Origin: Haliotis rubra
Lineage: Eukaryota
Assembly: GCF_003918875.1 (NCBI RefSeq)
Contig: NW_025766002.1
Location: forward strand, 6,820,001-6,884,000
Reading direction: 5' to 3'
DNA: 64,000 nucleotides
Part shown: piece by piece, positions 62,621-64,000 of the stretch
Layout: every line of letters starts with the position of its first letter
Position numbering within the stretch: position 1 is the first letter of the stretch
Notes under the pieces: generated by a model
What the model was told of the DNA's origin: nothing
What the model saw: the letters and a program-made list of their open reading frames with translations, nothing else
Database searches by the model: none
Translations under genes and position numbers: made by a program

Positions 62621-64000
62621 GATAAGATAAGATAAGATATTTATTGCATAGCATTCCATGAAGAAACAGTGGCAATATTCTATAAGCTACAAATATTTAC
62701 ACAGTAGGTACAAGAAATATAGATACATTTCACACATAAATGATGTACATTATAACAATTTTTTTAGAAATCATGTGGTATAATGACATGGAAATAATAT
62801 ATAAAGGAGACTATGGTAAGATATAACATTCATTTAAAGTTGTAAAGATGGTGACATATTTTGGAAATTAATTCAGGACTTCTGTTCGTGAAAATTATTA
62901 AGAATTGTTCTTTTTTTGAGAGTGTAGTAAATTCTTGGTCATAATATAGCATTGTGTGTATAAGTGATTCCCTTTCTTCGTTATACTTGGTACATGATAT
63001 TATATGGTGTTGCTCATCGTCTAAGACACTGCACATTTCACAGAGACGTTGTTCTAAAGGGGTTGCAGGTTTTGTATATCTTCCAGTTTCAATTTTGAGT
63101 TTATGATTACTTAAACGTAGTTTTGAAAAATGTGATCGATGAGCTTTGTTTTTACAATGAAATAGGTAATTTTCGAGTTTTATAGATGACTTGACCAATC
63201 TGTATGTTCTTAATTTGTTATTTGAAGTAGGGGAATCACTTAGTGAATGCTTGAACATGTCTTCACATTTTGACTGGAGTATATTCATGGTAGATAGATT
63301 ACATTTATTCGTGTTCGCTATTTCAAAAGTTTGCTTTATTTTATTAAGTTTATGAACCCAGCCTATATTGTGATCACAGAGACTGATATTTGCTTCCATG
63401 GCATCTTTAAGGATGATATTTGTTGTATTATCTATATGGAACTTGTAATCAATTATCTTTTTGATGATTGGTACTAGTAATGGGTACACACCTAGTTCTG
63501 CGCGACAGGCCCAGTTATGTGTTTTCTTGCCTACTCCTAGCAATGATTTACAAAACTGAAGCTGTAGTTTTTCTGGGAGCAGTGTGTCAATATTTTTTAA
63601 CATTGTAAAATCTACACCCCAGACTTCACAATTGTACAACATTATTGGTTCTATGAGGGTTTTAAATAGTTTTATTGCTAGTTTTACTGGAATATCATCA
63701 TGAAAGACTGATGTTTTTAGTCTATGATAAGCACCTGTGGCTTTCTTCGTGAGTGCTTGAATACAACTTTTGAACTTTCCATTTTCATGTAGTTGTATTC
63801 CAAGATATGTGTACCTGTCAGCTGTAGCTATCGTTTTGCCTTGTGCTGACCATTTACAGTTATTGTTGCATTTATTGTTCTTTCCAAAGATAACTACTTT
63901 GGATTTTTCATGGTTAATTTGCAGATTATTTATGGTGCAATATCGTGATACATTGTTCAATAGCGTTTGCAATTTAAGGGGTGAATCTGATAATAACACG
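62621..64000 (-). mobile_element. Non-LTR retrotransposon (RTEX/RTE-like), 3' portion
   Basis: RT ORF, about 200-bp 3' UTR, AATAAA followed by (TCTTA)n tail at 62621-62646. Confidence 0.9.
62830..63999 (-). CDS. LINE reverse transcriptase, C-terminal part (post-YADD RT, thumb, Cys-His zinc motif); continues beyond the window
   Basis: VLLS..LQ.LLN..., IN.EKSKVVIF, YTYLGI, PIMLYNCEVWG, RAELGVYPL, KLRTY, ETGRY...RLCEMC..DDEQH..ISC..Y...R; 389 codons without a stop; the listed Met is not a real start. Confidence 0.93.
   Translation of the reverse strand: MLLSDSPLKLQTLLNNVSRYCTINNLQINHEKSKVVIFGKNNKCNNNCKWSAQGKTIATADRYTYLGIQLHENGKFKSCIQALTKKATGAYHRLKTSVFHDDIPVKLAIKLFKTLIEPIMLYNCEVWGVDFTMLKNIDTLLPEKLQLQFCKSLLGVGKKTHNWACRAELGVYPLLVPIIKKIIDYKFHIDNTTNIILKDAMEANISLCDHNIGWVHKLNKIKQTFEIANTNKCNLSTMNILQSKCEDMFKHSLSDSPTSNNKLRTYRLVKSSIKLENYLFHCKNKAHRSHFSKLRLSNHKLKIETGRYTKPATPLEQRLCEMCSVLDDEQHHIISCTKYNEERESLIHTMLYYDQEFTTLSKKEQFLIIFTNRSPELISKICHHLYNFK

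Overview
Eukaryotic, essentially non-coding genomic DNA with two assembly gaps. The SINE families resemble those I recall from gastropod molluscs (abalone-like); this is an inference. I can support no host protein-coding exon, rRNA, true tRNA or CRISPR array. The only convincing ORF is the C-terminal half of an RTEX/RTE-like LINE reverse transcriptase running off the right edge (62830-63999, minus strand). The rest consists of about 30 copies of a tRNA(Asp)-like SINE (about 3:1 on the minus strand, many with clear TSDs); a second retroposon family with a non-tRNA, pseudoknot-forming 5' head; a Meta/MESC-type SINE; non-autonomous DNA transposons (TAG..CTA ends with 9-bp TSD, AcademH-like, including a nested pair; CAGTG..CACTG ends with 7-bp TSD; a palindromic Harbinger-like MITE); decayed LINE relics; 41-bp and 25-bp minisatellites; two SINE-bounded tandem duplications; and CpG/motif-rich patches that look like regulatory DNA of a large intron or gene desert. 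The best leads are the structured retroposon head (ribozyme or promoter candidate), apparent sequence conversion between nested MITEs, a chimeric-SINE duplication junction, and a 19-bp CpG-rich motif shared by two GC-rich modules. I cannot establish a new biological system from sequence alone.
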